Source: Octopus vulgaris
Lineage: Eukaryota
Reading direction: 5' to 3'
DNA: 64,000 nt
Assembly (NCBI GenBank): GCA_951406725.2
Contig: OX597825.1
Coordinates: forward strand, 86,056,001 to 86,120,000
Shown here: piece after piece, positions 38,979-51,650 of the stretch
Layout of the letters: every line of letters starts with the position of its first letter
Position numbering within the stretch: the first letter of the stretch is position 1
Made by a program: the position numbers and the translations under genes
Notes under the pieces: model-generated
The model's input: the letters and a program-made list of their open reading frames with translations, nothing else
Told to the model about the DNA's origin: nothing
Databases searched by the model: none

Positions 38979-41900
38979 CATGCTGTTATTCATTTGTGTA
39001 TGAATAAATACAGATATGTGCATTGAGTCAAAAAAAACAGTGACGTGTGTTCACATTCTCTGCTAATAAACCATTCCACAGCTCTGCACTTTGAAGACAA
39101 ATGGAATAAGAAATCCATCACTTGAAAAAAAAAAGCAAGGATTGGGTGACAGGGAAGGGATCTGTTTGTAAAGCAATGCCTCAAGACCTATCTGTCCAAC
39201 ACAGACAAACATAGAACAAAAAAGGCCCAGATGTAAGACGAACAATACAACAGAAGTCGTGTTGCTGTTCTAAGTTTTAGTCTTGCAATAAAAAAAGTTG
39301 GTTCCATTCGTGTTGTAATAATCTAGACATTTGCATTCTAAAATGCCCACAAATTTATTCGAGTATATAGAAACCCAGTTCACAAACAGATCGAATCTCT
39401 GTTCAATAAAGACCCAGGTTGAAAGCCTCTCTGTTCAATATACACCACGATAAGTTTTTCTAGCAATTTATTTTCTATATAAAATTTATCCAACAACCAA
39501 AATGACATGGTTTCATCTATTCTGTATTATTTACACAATCTGATATCACAAATATATACAGGTTTCAGCCTGTTAGATTTCATCAGTGAAATTTTGAAAT
39601 GCAAACTTAAAAGGCAATAATAACTATGTAGTTGTAAAGTGGTTGGTGCTAGGAAGAACATCAAGTTGTGGCCACCAACCTAAAGCATGAAGTATTAGGT
39701 TGTCCCAAAAGTTCGTAAACACTTGCGAAAATTGAATTTTTACTCGCCAAGTACTAACAAAAACAACAAAAATTATTCCTCAAAATAAAGACCATTATTT
39801 TCCAAGACTTTCTACGAACTTTTGGGACAACCTTATATGAAAGATTGTCGCCAGGGCCATGTACAAGGGAAGTAACTCTGAGTGGAAGTCAAATCAAATC
39901 ATGACATGTCTAACCCATGCCAGCATGGAAAAACAGACATAAAAACAATGACAATGATGATGATGATGGTGATAGCAGTAGTTATAGAAATTACTGGAGT
40001 TAAACTTTGGTTCAGTTCAGAAAGATGCGATTTGTAGTCAGAGGGTGGCTATGGCAATCAGAGAAGCACAGAGAGAAGGTGAGTAAAATTGTGAAGAATA
40101 CAAATGGATATTTATTTGTTCACAAAGGTTATGACAAGATGAATATGGGTCGGTCATTGTATAACATGTATTTTATAATCGATTTGATAGTATCACTGCT
40201 TGTCACTGATATGTCATTGTAATCTGTGGAATAAATGTTATACCTATAACTCCATTCTTCACTGGTTATATCATCATCATCATCGTTTAATGTCCACATT
40301 GGCATGGATTGGACGGTTTGACAGGAGCTGGCCAGGCTGGAGGGCTGCCCCAGACTTGTCTGTCTATTTTGGCCCTGTTTTTACAGCTGGATGCCCTTCC
40401 TAACACCGACCACCCATCAGAGAAAAAAGACGACACAGGAGAAATTATGGTTATGTTATGAACATCATCAGTTTACAGCTATCTCTGCCCTAAGATGAAG
40501 TGGAATCTTAGTTGAGAGCCAGAACAACATCCTATGGCTTCATCGAAGCCGCGAATATGATGTGCAGTTTATTTGTGGGAAAAACAATTACAGTTTTGCA
40601 ATATACAGGGAAGGCATTACCAGTGAGAAAGTCGTTGTTGGAGGATATAAAAGTTTACGTCCAAGTGGCAACTAGACTTACTGGTAGAGAAAGTAGAACA
40701 AAACAGAAAAAATATATGTAAATATATATACACATGTGCACACACTTGAAAAATGCATGCAGACACACATATATATATATATATATATATCATGGTTACA
40801 GATGCAGTATTATATATACAATGAATATTTTATCAGCAGCAGCAACATCATTTCTGTAAAGAACTTCACAAAAACACTATCACAATTTTTGTATGGTTTA
40901 TCTCAGATAATTAATATTCATGAATTAAAATGATTAATATTCATGAATTAAAATAATGTTCTCAGAGGATTGGAATAGTTTCACACATTTCTTTAACTTG
41001 AAAAAGATTTAACAAAATGTTTATTAACATGGTTCAAGGTTTTGCTGAGGATGTTAGTGGCTGTATAAAAAATAGCGCATTTAAAACCACAAAACCAAAC
41101 CTTCACTATTCTTGAAAACAAGCTTTTTAGAGAATTAGATCAAAAACTACAGCGACCCCATTTTTGCTTTTTAATGACTTAGACCAGGAAGGACAGTCCT
41201 GAATGTTTGCCAAAAATGCCCTCAAGGGTCAGGATGGGAGGCAGGTGTTAAACTGGACAACAGATTGTCTACCATCCAAAAAACAGGAATGACCTTTCAT
41301 TGGAAAATTTCTGTTACAGAAATTTCACTAACAGTATTAAGGTCAATCAGAAGTTATTAAAGAAGAGTCTTGCATAAGGATTGAACTCAGAGCCAGATAG
41401 TTGCGAAATGTTTTATTAGCAATCCACATTCTTAATTTGAGAATGTGACAGAGAACAGTTACTGTTAGTATTTGTTGATGTTTTTGTAAGGAAATCTGAG
41501 GGGAGCAATTAGCAATGATGTCATTTCAGAAATAATTGTAAAAGGGAATTCCATGTCTTATGAAATAGATAAATAAATAAACATTTCCTTATAATAATCA
41601 AACAGAACATGTTCTAAAAAAAAAGAAACTACAAACAAGCAATAGATGTGAATGATATTGATGTAGGTTCTCGTTGGGAGGGAGATTATCTCCCTTAGAA
41701 CCTTTCTCTATATTCAGGAGATTTATTGGGTCACACTAGAAATGTGATGCAGAGAAGTTAATTCTTTAACTTTTTATTGAATTGCTGGCGATAGTCGCCT
41801 GGAGCCTGTCCGAGTCCGGTCAACAAGAAGGACTCGAATTCAGCAGTGCAGGATCACAAGACAAACCCCCATCAATTTTGCTGTTTCTTGAAGCTACAAA

Positions 41901-44900
41901 CTCTTATTAGATCAACCCAGGAAATAAAGGGTTAACTTCATTGAACATTATTCTTAATCCTTCAGCATTTAAATTGGCCCCAATACACTGTTTTAAGTTA
42001 AAACTGGAGAGATTCAGCCTCTCACACCAACCCTACAATGCCACTCTTGAAATTGCAATCATACCACTGAAATCTCAAAGCTACAAGAAGATGATGCAAA
42101 ACAATTGGAATCAATAATAAACTTTTGACAAAATAACCTGAATATTCAAGAGTGAAACCGAAAAAATTAGATTTTCAAAACAACAAAATTCTTACTTTGA
42201 AACTCAACAGTTTCAGACAAACAGTTACATCTGACTGCAACACATGCCTAGACTACCACACCACACCTACTACTGCATATACATCACATCCTAACAACTG
42301 CAACCTACACCAAACATCCTGACCATATATATCATGAGGCTTTCACTCCATACACACCAGCTCAATTTGATTCATTCTCAGTCGAAAGACGCCTGTTGTT
42401 ATTTCTTGTTGCTTGTATTCGTAATTGTGTGCCATGGTCTCTGCTTTTTGTCTATTTGTTTTCTTTTGTCTTTGTTACTGTACACATTTGCCAGCTTTCT
42501 TACAAAGGGGTCTAATGCTCTTAGCTTAGACTTTTTGGGGGGCAACCAGATCAAACCATCTCAAGTGTAACTGTCCGAAATGGTCGTGATTTCTGGTACT
42601 TGACTGATGAAAGAAAGCCAAGAATGACCTGTCTTGTTTTTTGCCTGTCCTTCTAATTGTTGTTTCCCTTGTCCGCCTTTGTATCATCTATCTTTCCGAA
42701 TGCTTTAATGCCCTCTATTGCCTTTTTGTTCCAATTTTATATATATATATATAATAAAGGGTAAAATTAATTAATCAATTAATAATTAATAATTTTACCA
42801 AGTAGTTTGGTATGTAAAAGAACCATTATCGGTAAACTTATACAAAAATTCTATAATTATGAGCATAATTACAATTAGGGTTCAGCAAAAATTTGCTTCA
42901 CCACATATCTGGGAGATATCTTATGGTAGAAGAATAGTGTTTTGGCTGCTATTTCTAAATTTTTGGTATTTGGTAAAGCAAATTTTTGCTGAACCCTAAT
43001 TATAATTATGCTCATAAATTATAGAATTTTTGTGTGTGTATATATATATGTATATATCTACTCAGATAGATCTACCTGACAGTTACTCATTCACACTCAC
43101 ATACAAATAGAAAAGTGTACCTCTTTCTGAAGAAGGTAGTGTGGTGTGCACTTCTCGCGTTGGTCACTTGGATTGGCTACAATATCCACAATTCCAGCAA
43201 CAATACCATTGGACTGAAAAGGAGAAAGAGAGAAGTTTGTGTTATGTGTGAAATACAGCAACAAACTGAGAGAGAGAGAGAAAGAGAGAGAGAGACAGAG
43301 AGAGAGAGACAGAGAAAGATAGACAGAGAGAGAGAGAGAAAGAGAGAGAGATAGAGAGAGACAGAGAGATAGAGAGAGAAAGAGAGACGGAGAGAGAGAG
43401 AGGGAGAGAGAGAGAGAGAAAAAGAAAGAGAGAGGGAGAGAAAGAGAGAGAGAGACTTATTAGAATTGCGGGTGTGTTAAGACCTGACATAGATTCATCA
43501 AGAAATGTCCAACACATTATGAGAAGAAAAGTGGTGGTGGGGGTCATGGTGATGTTGATGAATTCTTTGCAACAAATTTGATTTATCTCCCCTTAGAATT
43601 TTGGTTTCTCTCTACTTTCCAACATCAAGACATTGTACTTAATAATAATAACAACAATCCTTTCTACTATAGGCACAAGGCCTGAAATTTTTGGGGAGGG
43701 GTCCTGTTGATTAGATCGACCCCAGTATGCAAATAGTAATTAATTTATCGATCCTGAAAGGATGAAAGGCAAAGTCAACCTCAATTTATATTCATGTTTT
43801 TTTATAATAATTACTGGTATCCTTATATATTACTATATCTTATATGCAAAGAATAATATGCTATATGTATGTATGTTATTATAATTACCAGTTTAATAAA
43901 TAAATAGGTTAACATTTTAATGTCCAAAAGTTGATGAAACAACTATTGTTCTCCATTTTCTTATTTGCGATATATATCTATATCTATATATATATATAAA
44001 TTTATACCAAAGGCCAAAGTTCTAGTAAGTAGGAAGGCGAACTCATCACACACCCCCTCAGGTAGGTGGCCCAGCTCGATCTGTAGAAAAAGTGTAGGTA
44101 GAAACTCCATAAAATGTACCCAGTGTAAGCTATGGACACATAAGAGGTACAGCAACATCAAAGGAAGATTAACCAAGAAGATAGCTGTCGTGTGTGGCAA
44201 ATGCACAGGGACAATAGACACCACAGATGCTCAGAAAACAGATTCCATCACACTCCAGGGGGAGAAACTAGAAGTAGTTGATAGCTTCCGCTACCTGGGT
44301 GACCAAGTTGGTAGTGGGGGTGGATGCTCAGAGAGTGTCACCACTAGAATAAGAATAGCCTGGGCAAAGTTTAGAAAGCTTCTACCCCTACTGGTGACAA
44401 AGGGCTTCTCGTTCAGAGTAAAAGGTAGATTGTACCATGCATGTGTGCGAACTGCCATGCTTCATGGCAGCGAATTATGGGCCATGACTGCGAAGGACAT
44501 GTGTACGCTCAAAAGAAATGAAGCTAACATGATCTGCTGGATGTGTAATGTCAGTGTGCATACACGACAGAGTGTAAGCGCTCTGAAAGAAATGTTGGAC
44601 ATAAGAAGCATAGGATGTGGCGTGCAAGAGAGACGTTTGCGCTGGTATGGTCATGAACTACAGATGGACGAGGAGAAATGTGTGAAGAAGTGCTACTCCC
44701 AAACAGTTGAAGGAATCCGGGGTAGAGGTAGACCCAGGAAGACATGGGATGAGGTGGTGAAGCATGACCTTTGAATGTTGGGCCTCACAGAAGCAATGAC
44801 GAAAGACTGAGACCTCTGGAGATATGCTGTGACTGCAAAGACCCCGGCAAATAAAGTGAGTTCATGGCTATATCCAACACCAGTTTCGCATATCCAGCCG

Positions 44901-47900
44901 TAGCCCATTCAAAAGTACCTCGGATGGTAGGGCGACCTGCTGCGCTTGAGGAGACCTATTGAGTCAAGTACATCAACATCAAAATGAAAATCAAATGGAA
45001 ATTCTAGTTGTGATACCCATGCCGGTGGCACGTAAAAAGCACCATCCAAACATGGCCGAAGCCAGTGTCACCTTGACTGGCTTCCGTGCCAGTGGCACAT
45101 AAAAGCACCAACTGATCGTGGCCATTGCCAGCCTCCTCTGGCCCCTGTGCTGGTGGCATATAAAAAGCACCCACTACACTCAGAGTGGTTGGTGTTAGGA
45201 AGGGCATCCAGCTGTAGAAACACTCCCAGATCAGACTGGAGCCTGGTGCAACCTCCTAACTACCCAGACCCTGGTTGAACCATCCAACCCATACAAGCAT
45301 GGAAAACGGACGTTAAATGATGATGATGATGATGACACACATACAGATACATACAAGCATATATATAAATTTATACACACACACACAGATACATACAAGT
45401 ATATATACGTGTGTGTGTACATACATACATACGGACACACATAAGAGGCATATATACACACACATACAGAATTAAATACACACAGATACATACTTAGATG
45501 TATATATACAAACATTTGTACATGTGGTGGAAGAAGTAAAGGGAAAAAGAAAAAGATGAGGAGGAGGAAGTAAAAAAAGGCAGAAAGAATAAATTCTACC
45601 CACCCCCTCCCTTTCTCCGTCATCATCATTTCTCTCCCAGCCCCACCTTTTTTTGAAAAGAGGAAAAAATAAGAAAAGGAAAAGATGGAAAAGGAAGAAA
45701 ATAAAGAATTAAAAAAGGAAATTCTATATAAAAAGGAGGTAAAAGAAGAGAGAGAAAGAAGGTGAAACCCCACCCAAACAAGAATGGTAAATTGGCTGCA
45801 GATGACAATAATTCTTTAGAGAAAATAATAACAACATAACAGAGGGAAAAAAACAACATACAATTCTGTTAAACTACATGTACACATGTATGTATGTGTG
45901 CATGAGTATATAATATATATATATACACATATATAGACTGAGAGACATCTCTGTATCCCACACATAAACATACACAAGAAGTAGTCAACGTTTCACACCT
46001 CATCACTAGTGCCATGTTGTCCTAACAAGCGAAAGTTACTGGTTCTCTGACAGCCAGAAACAGTAACACAACCGTCTCTCTGAGAAGTGTTTGGCTGACG
46101 TGAAGAACTGGATTCCAATCTGCTAGAAACAAAGTTGCCATGGATACGAACACTAATGTGGAGACAAAGCCTCCAAACCAAATGGCGCCTTTGTAAACCA
46201 ATATACTACAAGAACCACACACACCCACACACATCATGCATGTGTGTGTGTGTACCAGTGTAAAACATGACAAGTTGCAAGTTATGCCAAAAGAAGGTAA
46301 CTTAGCTACTTGATAAATAGAGATTGATAAAGTACCAGATTCAAAAATGAACTGGGATCAGTAAGATGAATAGAAAAGAGCCTTTCAGACAGAGCCCTAA
46401 TGAATGAAACCAGTATTTTTACACACACACACACACACGAGTGAGTGGACAAATAAAAGAAAGAGGCACTCAACATATTTACTAAGAGTTACATGTATTA
46501 TTATTTAAAACACAGGGCTGAATCAAACAGTTTTAAATAATAAAAATAATAATAATGACTCGACCCCACTCTCTGTTGTCCTACACAAAATCAATGTGCA
46601 CTACGAGATGAGAAAGAACGGATGTCTCAACCACTTTCGTTTCATGAATGATATAAAACTATTCACAAAAACAGAGCCTGAAATGGAGAGGGGGTCGAGA
46701 CTGTGTAAATGTACAGCAAGGATCTAGGGATGGAATTCGGTACCTCGAAGTGTACATTGCGCACTTTGAAACGAGGGAAAAGAGCAGATGGCAAGGACAT
46801 AGAATTTCCCTACGGAGAGATAATGGAAGACCTGGATGATGATGGGAAAAGTACCTTGGGATCCTGGAGTTACACAAAGAAATGAAAAACAAGGAAATAA
46901 AATCTCAATTTCTTACCCAATCATTTTTCAATATTTTCCTAAAATTGTGGAAAAGAGATATTTTATCACAGGATATCTGAAAAATTAAGAAGGATTAAAG
47001 TTGAATGTTTCTTTTGGCTGCAGAAAATACAACAAACGGTTCCAATAGCATCAAAGACAGACATTCAGGCATGTAAAGTATTGACATTAAAAATCTCACA
47101 CAGCAAACAACATCAATAGAAGTAAGCAACTACGAGGGTGAGTCAAAAAGTAATGCCATTTTGTTTAGGACAGTCATAATTACCAACACAGGAACTTGTA
47201 TCATGCATCAAAATGAAGCTGGTCCTCTGTGGATCACATCCCTACTGCTCAACATAATCACCTTTTTTCTCAATAGTCATGTTCCACCTTCGAATGAGAA
47301 CATGTATCCCTGTCTCGTAAAATTGTGTTGGCTGTTCTTTGAGCCACTTCTTCACTACAGTTTTTACTCCCTCGTCACTGGAATAATGTTTGTATCTCAA
47401 ACCCTCTTTCATGGGGCTGAAAAGATGATAGTCTGAAGGCGCTAAATCTGGTGACGAGGAAGAGAAAACTGTAGTGAAGAAGTGGCTCAAAGAACAGTCA
47501 ACAGAATTTTACAGGGCAGGGATACATGCTCTCATTCAAGGTGGTACATTGCTATGGAGAGAAACAGTGACTATGTTGAGAAGTAAGGATGTGATCTATA
47601 GAGAACCAGCTTCATTTTGATGTATGATACATGTTCCTGTGCTGGTAATTATACCTGTCCTAAACGAAACGGCATTACTTCTTGACTCACCATCGTATAT
47701 GATAAACAGGCTGACTTTTAGTTAATAGACAAAAAGCTGGAAGATTAATTAAAATCAAAATTTGGGATGCAAACAGATTCAATATGGATATATGGTGGAT
47801 AATGACCATTGATAAACTTACATAGTCATAATTCTCGTCTTTGACGCTAGTTGTGCCCCAGAGTCCATTCACACCATCGACAGCTACCAGAACACGATGT

Positions 47901-48848
47901 CTGTGGAGAGATAAATGCAATCTGAATTATATATATACAGATACACACACGCATACACAAAATCCATAAACATACATACTATCTTCTCTCTTCCACACAC
48001 AGGTTTATAATTTGACACCTGCATATATACACAACTAGTCACATAAACTTGACACTTGCATATGTGTGGTGTGTAATGTATTTATCATCATCGTTAAACG
48101 TCAGTTTTCCATGCTGGCATGGGTTGGATAGTTTGACTGGGGAGTGGCAAGCCAGGCGACTGCACCAGGCCCCAATCTGATCTGGCAAGGTTTCTACAGC
48201 TGGATGCCCTTCCTAATACCAACCACTCCGAGAGTGTAGTGGGTGCTTTTTATGTGCTACTGGCACGGGTGTCAGCCAAGCGGCACTGGCATTGACCACG
48301 TTCGGATGGTACTTTTTACATGCCACCGGCATGGGGAGCCAGTCAGGTGGCACTGGTACCAACCTACACTTGAATGGTGCTTATTATGTGCCACTGGCAT
48401 GGGGAGCCAGTCAGGTGGCACTCGCATCGGCCACAACTACAACTTCCATTTTGATTTGCTTTTGATTTTTGATTTTACTTGACTCAACAGATCTTCTGAA
48501 GTGCAGCGTATTGCCTGATGATTCAAGGGTAGCTTTTAAATGGGTTGGTTATGCAACACTGGTATAGGCCATGGCTGTGACCTCACTTTACTTGCTGGGT
48601 CTTCTCAATCACAGCATATCTTCAGAGGTCTCGGTCTCTTGTCTATATATACAGCTCAAATTTACAGAAAACAAAAGATGAAAGCAAGTGAGGAAACAAC
48701 GAACAAGTGTATTAGTTTAATGCTGGCAAAGAATGGAAAAGTATTCGACATTTCGAGCCTATGCTCTTCGATGAAAAGGATTGAGAGGAAAAAAAAAAAA
48801 CTGCAGAGAGAGAAAAAATTGTGTAGGGATTAATGGTCCCACACAATG

Positions 48849-48889
<41 letters not shown>

Positions 48890-49246
48890 TAAATAAATGG
48901 AGTTGAATGCAGATGCTATTCAAATTCTTTTACTTTCGACATATGTTTCGAAGACAACATTGGTTTTAGGCTCTCTTTCTTTCCTGAGGAGAAGATTGCA
49001 TTTTACACCGTTTATTCCTTTGGAATAAAACCAATGTTGTCTTCGAAATATATGTCGAAAGTAAAAGAATTTTATTAACATCTTCATTCAACTCCATTTA
49101 TTTACTTATACTACACATTTACCCGGAGTTTCTACCTTTGAATAGATCGCTACATCCTTGTTACTTGCGTGAATTTTGCTATCCTGGTAACTGTTTATTG
49201 AATTTTCCATGTTAACGGTAAACAAAGTATAATTCATTCATCCATT

Positions 49247-49286
<40 letters not shown>

Positions 49287-51616
49287 TACACACACACAGG
49301 TATCTTTGTATATATATTTAATAACAGTTTGACTCAGCTCCACATTACATAAAGTTTTGTGGAGACACATGAGGCATCCATTTAATCATACACAAATACA
49401 GTGTCTGCCACAAACCACGTACATTAGTATACACATCACACACAACTGGGAGACCCACAATTCACTGTTGGCATAATCATGTAATGTCTGCAATAACAAA
49501 ATATTTTCAATGATGTTTCACAATGTTGCTTACTTCTTCTCAGAAGCTGACTTCTTTACTTCTTTCAGAATAATCCCCACAACATCACTGGCATATCTCG
49601 GTCTTGCTAAACCCTGGAATTATAAACAAAAAGTCAAATGAAAAACAAACGAAAAAACAAATCTAAATAGAGACACGGAATAAAGTAAATGACATTTGAC
49701 ATTAGAGGTAGAAACTAATTTTTTTGGTATTTGTTGGAGGAGGAATGATAGCAGCACTGAACAGTTTCAAAGCCTCCAAGAATGATGGGAGGAAGTTATC
49801 ATAACACCAAATACCTGGTCATAATTCTTGGAATGGATTCTTCAACTGAAGCTACCTAGGAGCCAAGTGTTGGAGTGAAACTGGTCGACAGAATATATCT
49901 CCAGCCTCAAACCATTCCGTCAGATTCTCACACACTTTCCATCAACTACATTTCACTCAAGACATTAACTGACCTAAGGCTGTAGTAGAAGATACTTGTC
50001 CAAGGTGCCACACATTGGGATTGGATCCCAAACCTCAGGTGAACACCTTAACCCCACAGCTATGCCTATGCCCATACTGACTGCACTGTTATTGTCATCA
50101 TCATCATCATCATTTAACGTCTGCTTTCCATGCTAGCATGGGTTGGATGACTTGACTGAGGACTGGCGAACCAGATGGCTGTGCCAGGCTCCAATCTGAT
50201 CTGGCAGAGTTTCGACAGCTGGATGCCCTTCCTAATGCCAACCACTCCGAGAGTGTAGTGGGTGCTTTTACGTGCCACCAGCACGGGGGCCAGTCTGGCG
50301 GTACTGGCATCAGCCACGCTCGAAATGGTGTCTTTTACGTGCCACCTGCACAGGAGTCAATCCAGCAGCACTGGCAACGACCTCACTCGAATGTTTTGTT
50401 CACGTGCCAGTAAGGCGACACTGGTAATGATCACGCTCAAATGGTGCTTTTTAGGTGCCACCGACACGGAAGCCAGACAGCTGCTCTGGCAGTGATCCCA
50501 CTTGGATGGAGCTGTTAGTGCTCCACTGGCACTGGTGCCAGTCATTGAATTTGGTTCAATTTCGATGTCACTTGCCCCAACAGGTTTTCACAAGCAGAGT
50601 TTAATGTCCAATGAAGGGAGGTGGCATGGGTGCCAGTCGTCGAATGTGGTTTGATTATGATTTCACTTGCCTCAACAGGTCTTTGTAAGCAGAGTTTTGT
50701 GTCCAAAGAAGGAAAAGTATGCATAAGTGGGCTGGCTACATCCCTGGCAGAGGCTACGGGTTAGGGTCTCACTTGACCTGCCGGGCTTTCTCATGCACAG
50801 CATATTTCCAAAGGTCCCGGTCACTTGGCATTGCCTCAGTGAGGCCTAATGTTCGAAGGTCATGCTTCACCACCTCGTCCTAGGTTTTCCTGGGTCTACC
50901 TCGTCCACAGATTCCCTCAACCACTAGGGTGTGGCACTTTTTCACACAGCTATCTTCATCCATTCTTGCCACATGACCATACCAGCGCAATCGTTTCTCT
51001 TGCACACCACAACTGATGCATCTTAGGTCTAACTTCTCTCTCAAGGTACTTACACTCTGTCGAGTATGTACACTGACATTACACATCCATCGGAATGTGA
51101 TACGGGACCGAGATTTGATTCCAGGGAACTGAAACTAACTTCAAGATTTGTCAAACTAATGTCACACACACACACACAATCATCGTCGTCATTGTTTAAC
51201 GTCTGCTTTCCATGCTAGCATGGGTTGGACGATTTGACTGTGGGCTGGCGAACCAGATGGCTGCACCAGGCTCCAGTCTTGATCTGGCAGAGTTTCTACA
51301 GCTAGATGCCCTTCCTAACGCCAACCACTCCAAGAGTGTAGTGGGTGCTTTATACGTGCCACTGGCACGGGGGCCAGTCAGGCAGTACTGGCAACACCTT
51401 ACTCAAATTTTTTTACGCATGCCAACGGCACAGGTGCCAGTAAGGCGACGTTGGTAACGATCCCGCTTGAATAGTGCCTCCTACATGCCACCAGCAATAC
51501 TTACAAATTGAATTAATTCAGATAACGTTGTTCCTTCTTCAGCAGATTCTCGTTTACTCCAGATATACTTTGAGGTAGTCTGAAAAATATATAAACACAA
51601 TCACATTATAAATATT

Positions 51617-51650
<34 letters not shown>

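Noticed and set aside
42540-42620. CTGATGA and GAAA-TG-GTC motifs
   Set aside because: The boxes are in the wrong order or lack flanking stems, so a hammerhead cannot be drawn
50250-50545. Regularly spaced ~50-bp repeats (TGGTGCTTTTACGTGCCACCGGCAC) resembling a CRISPR array
   Set aside because: The intervening sequences are related to each other, the array is part of the RTE 3' UTR seen many times here, the context is eukaryotic and there are no cas genes
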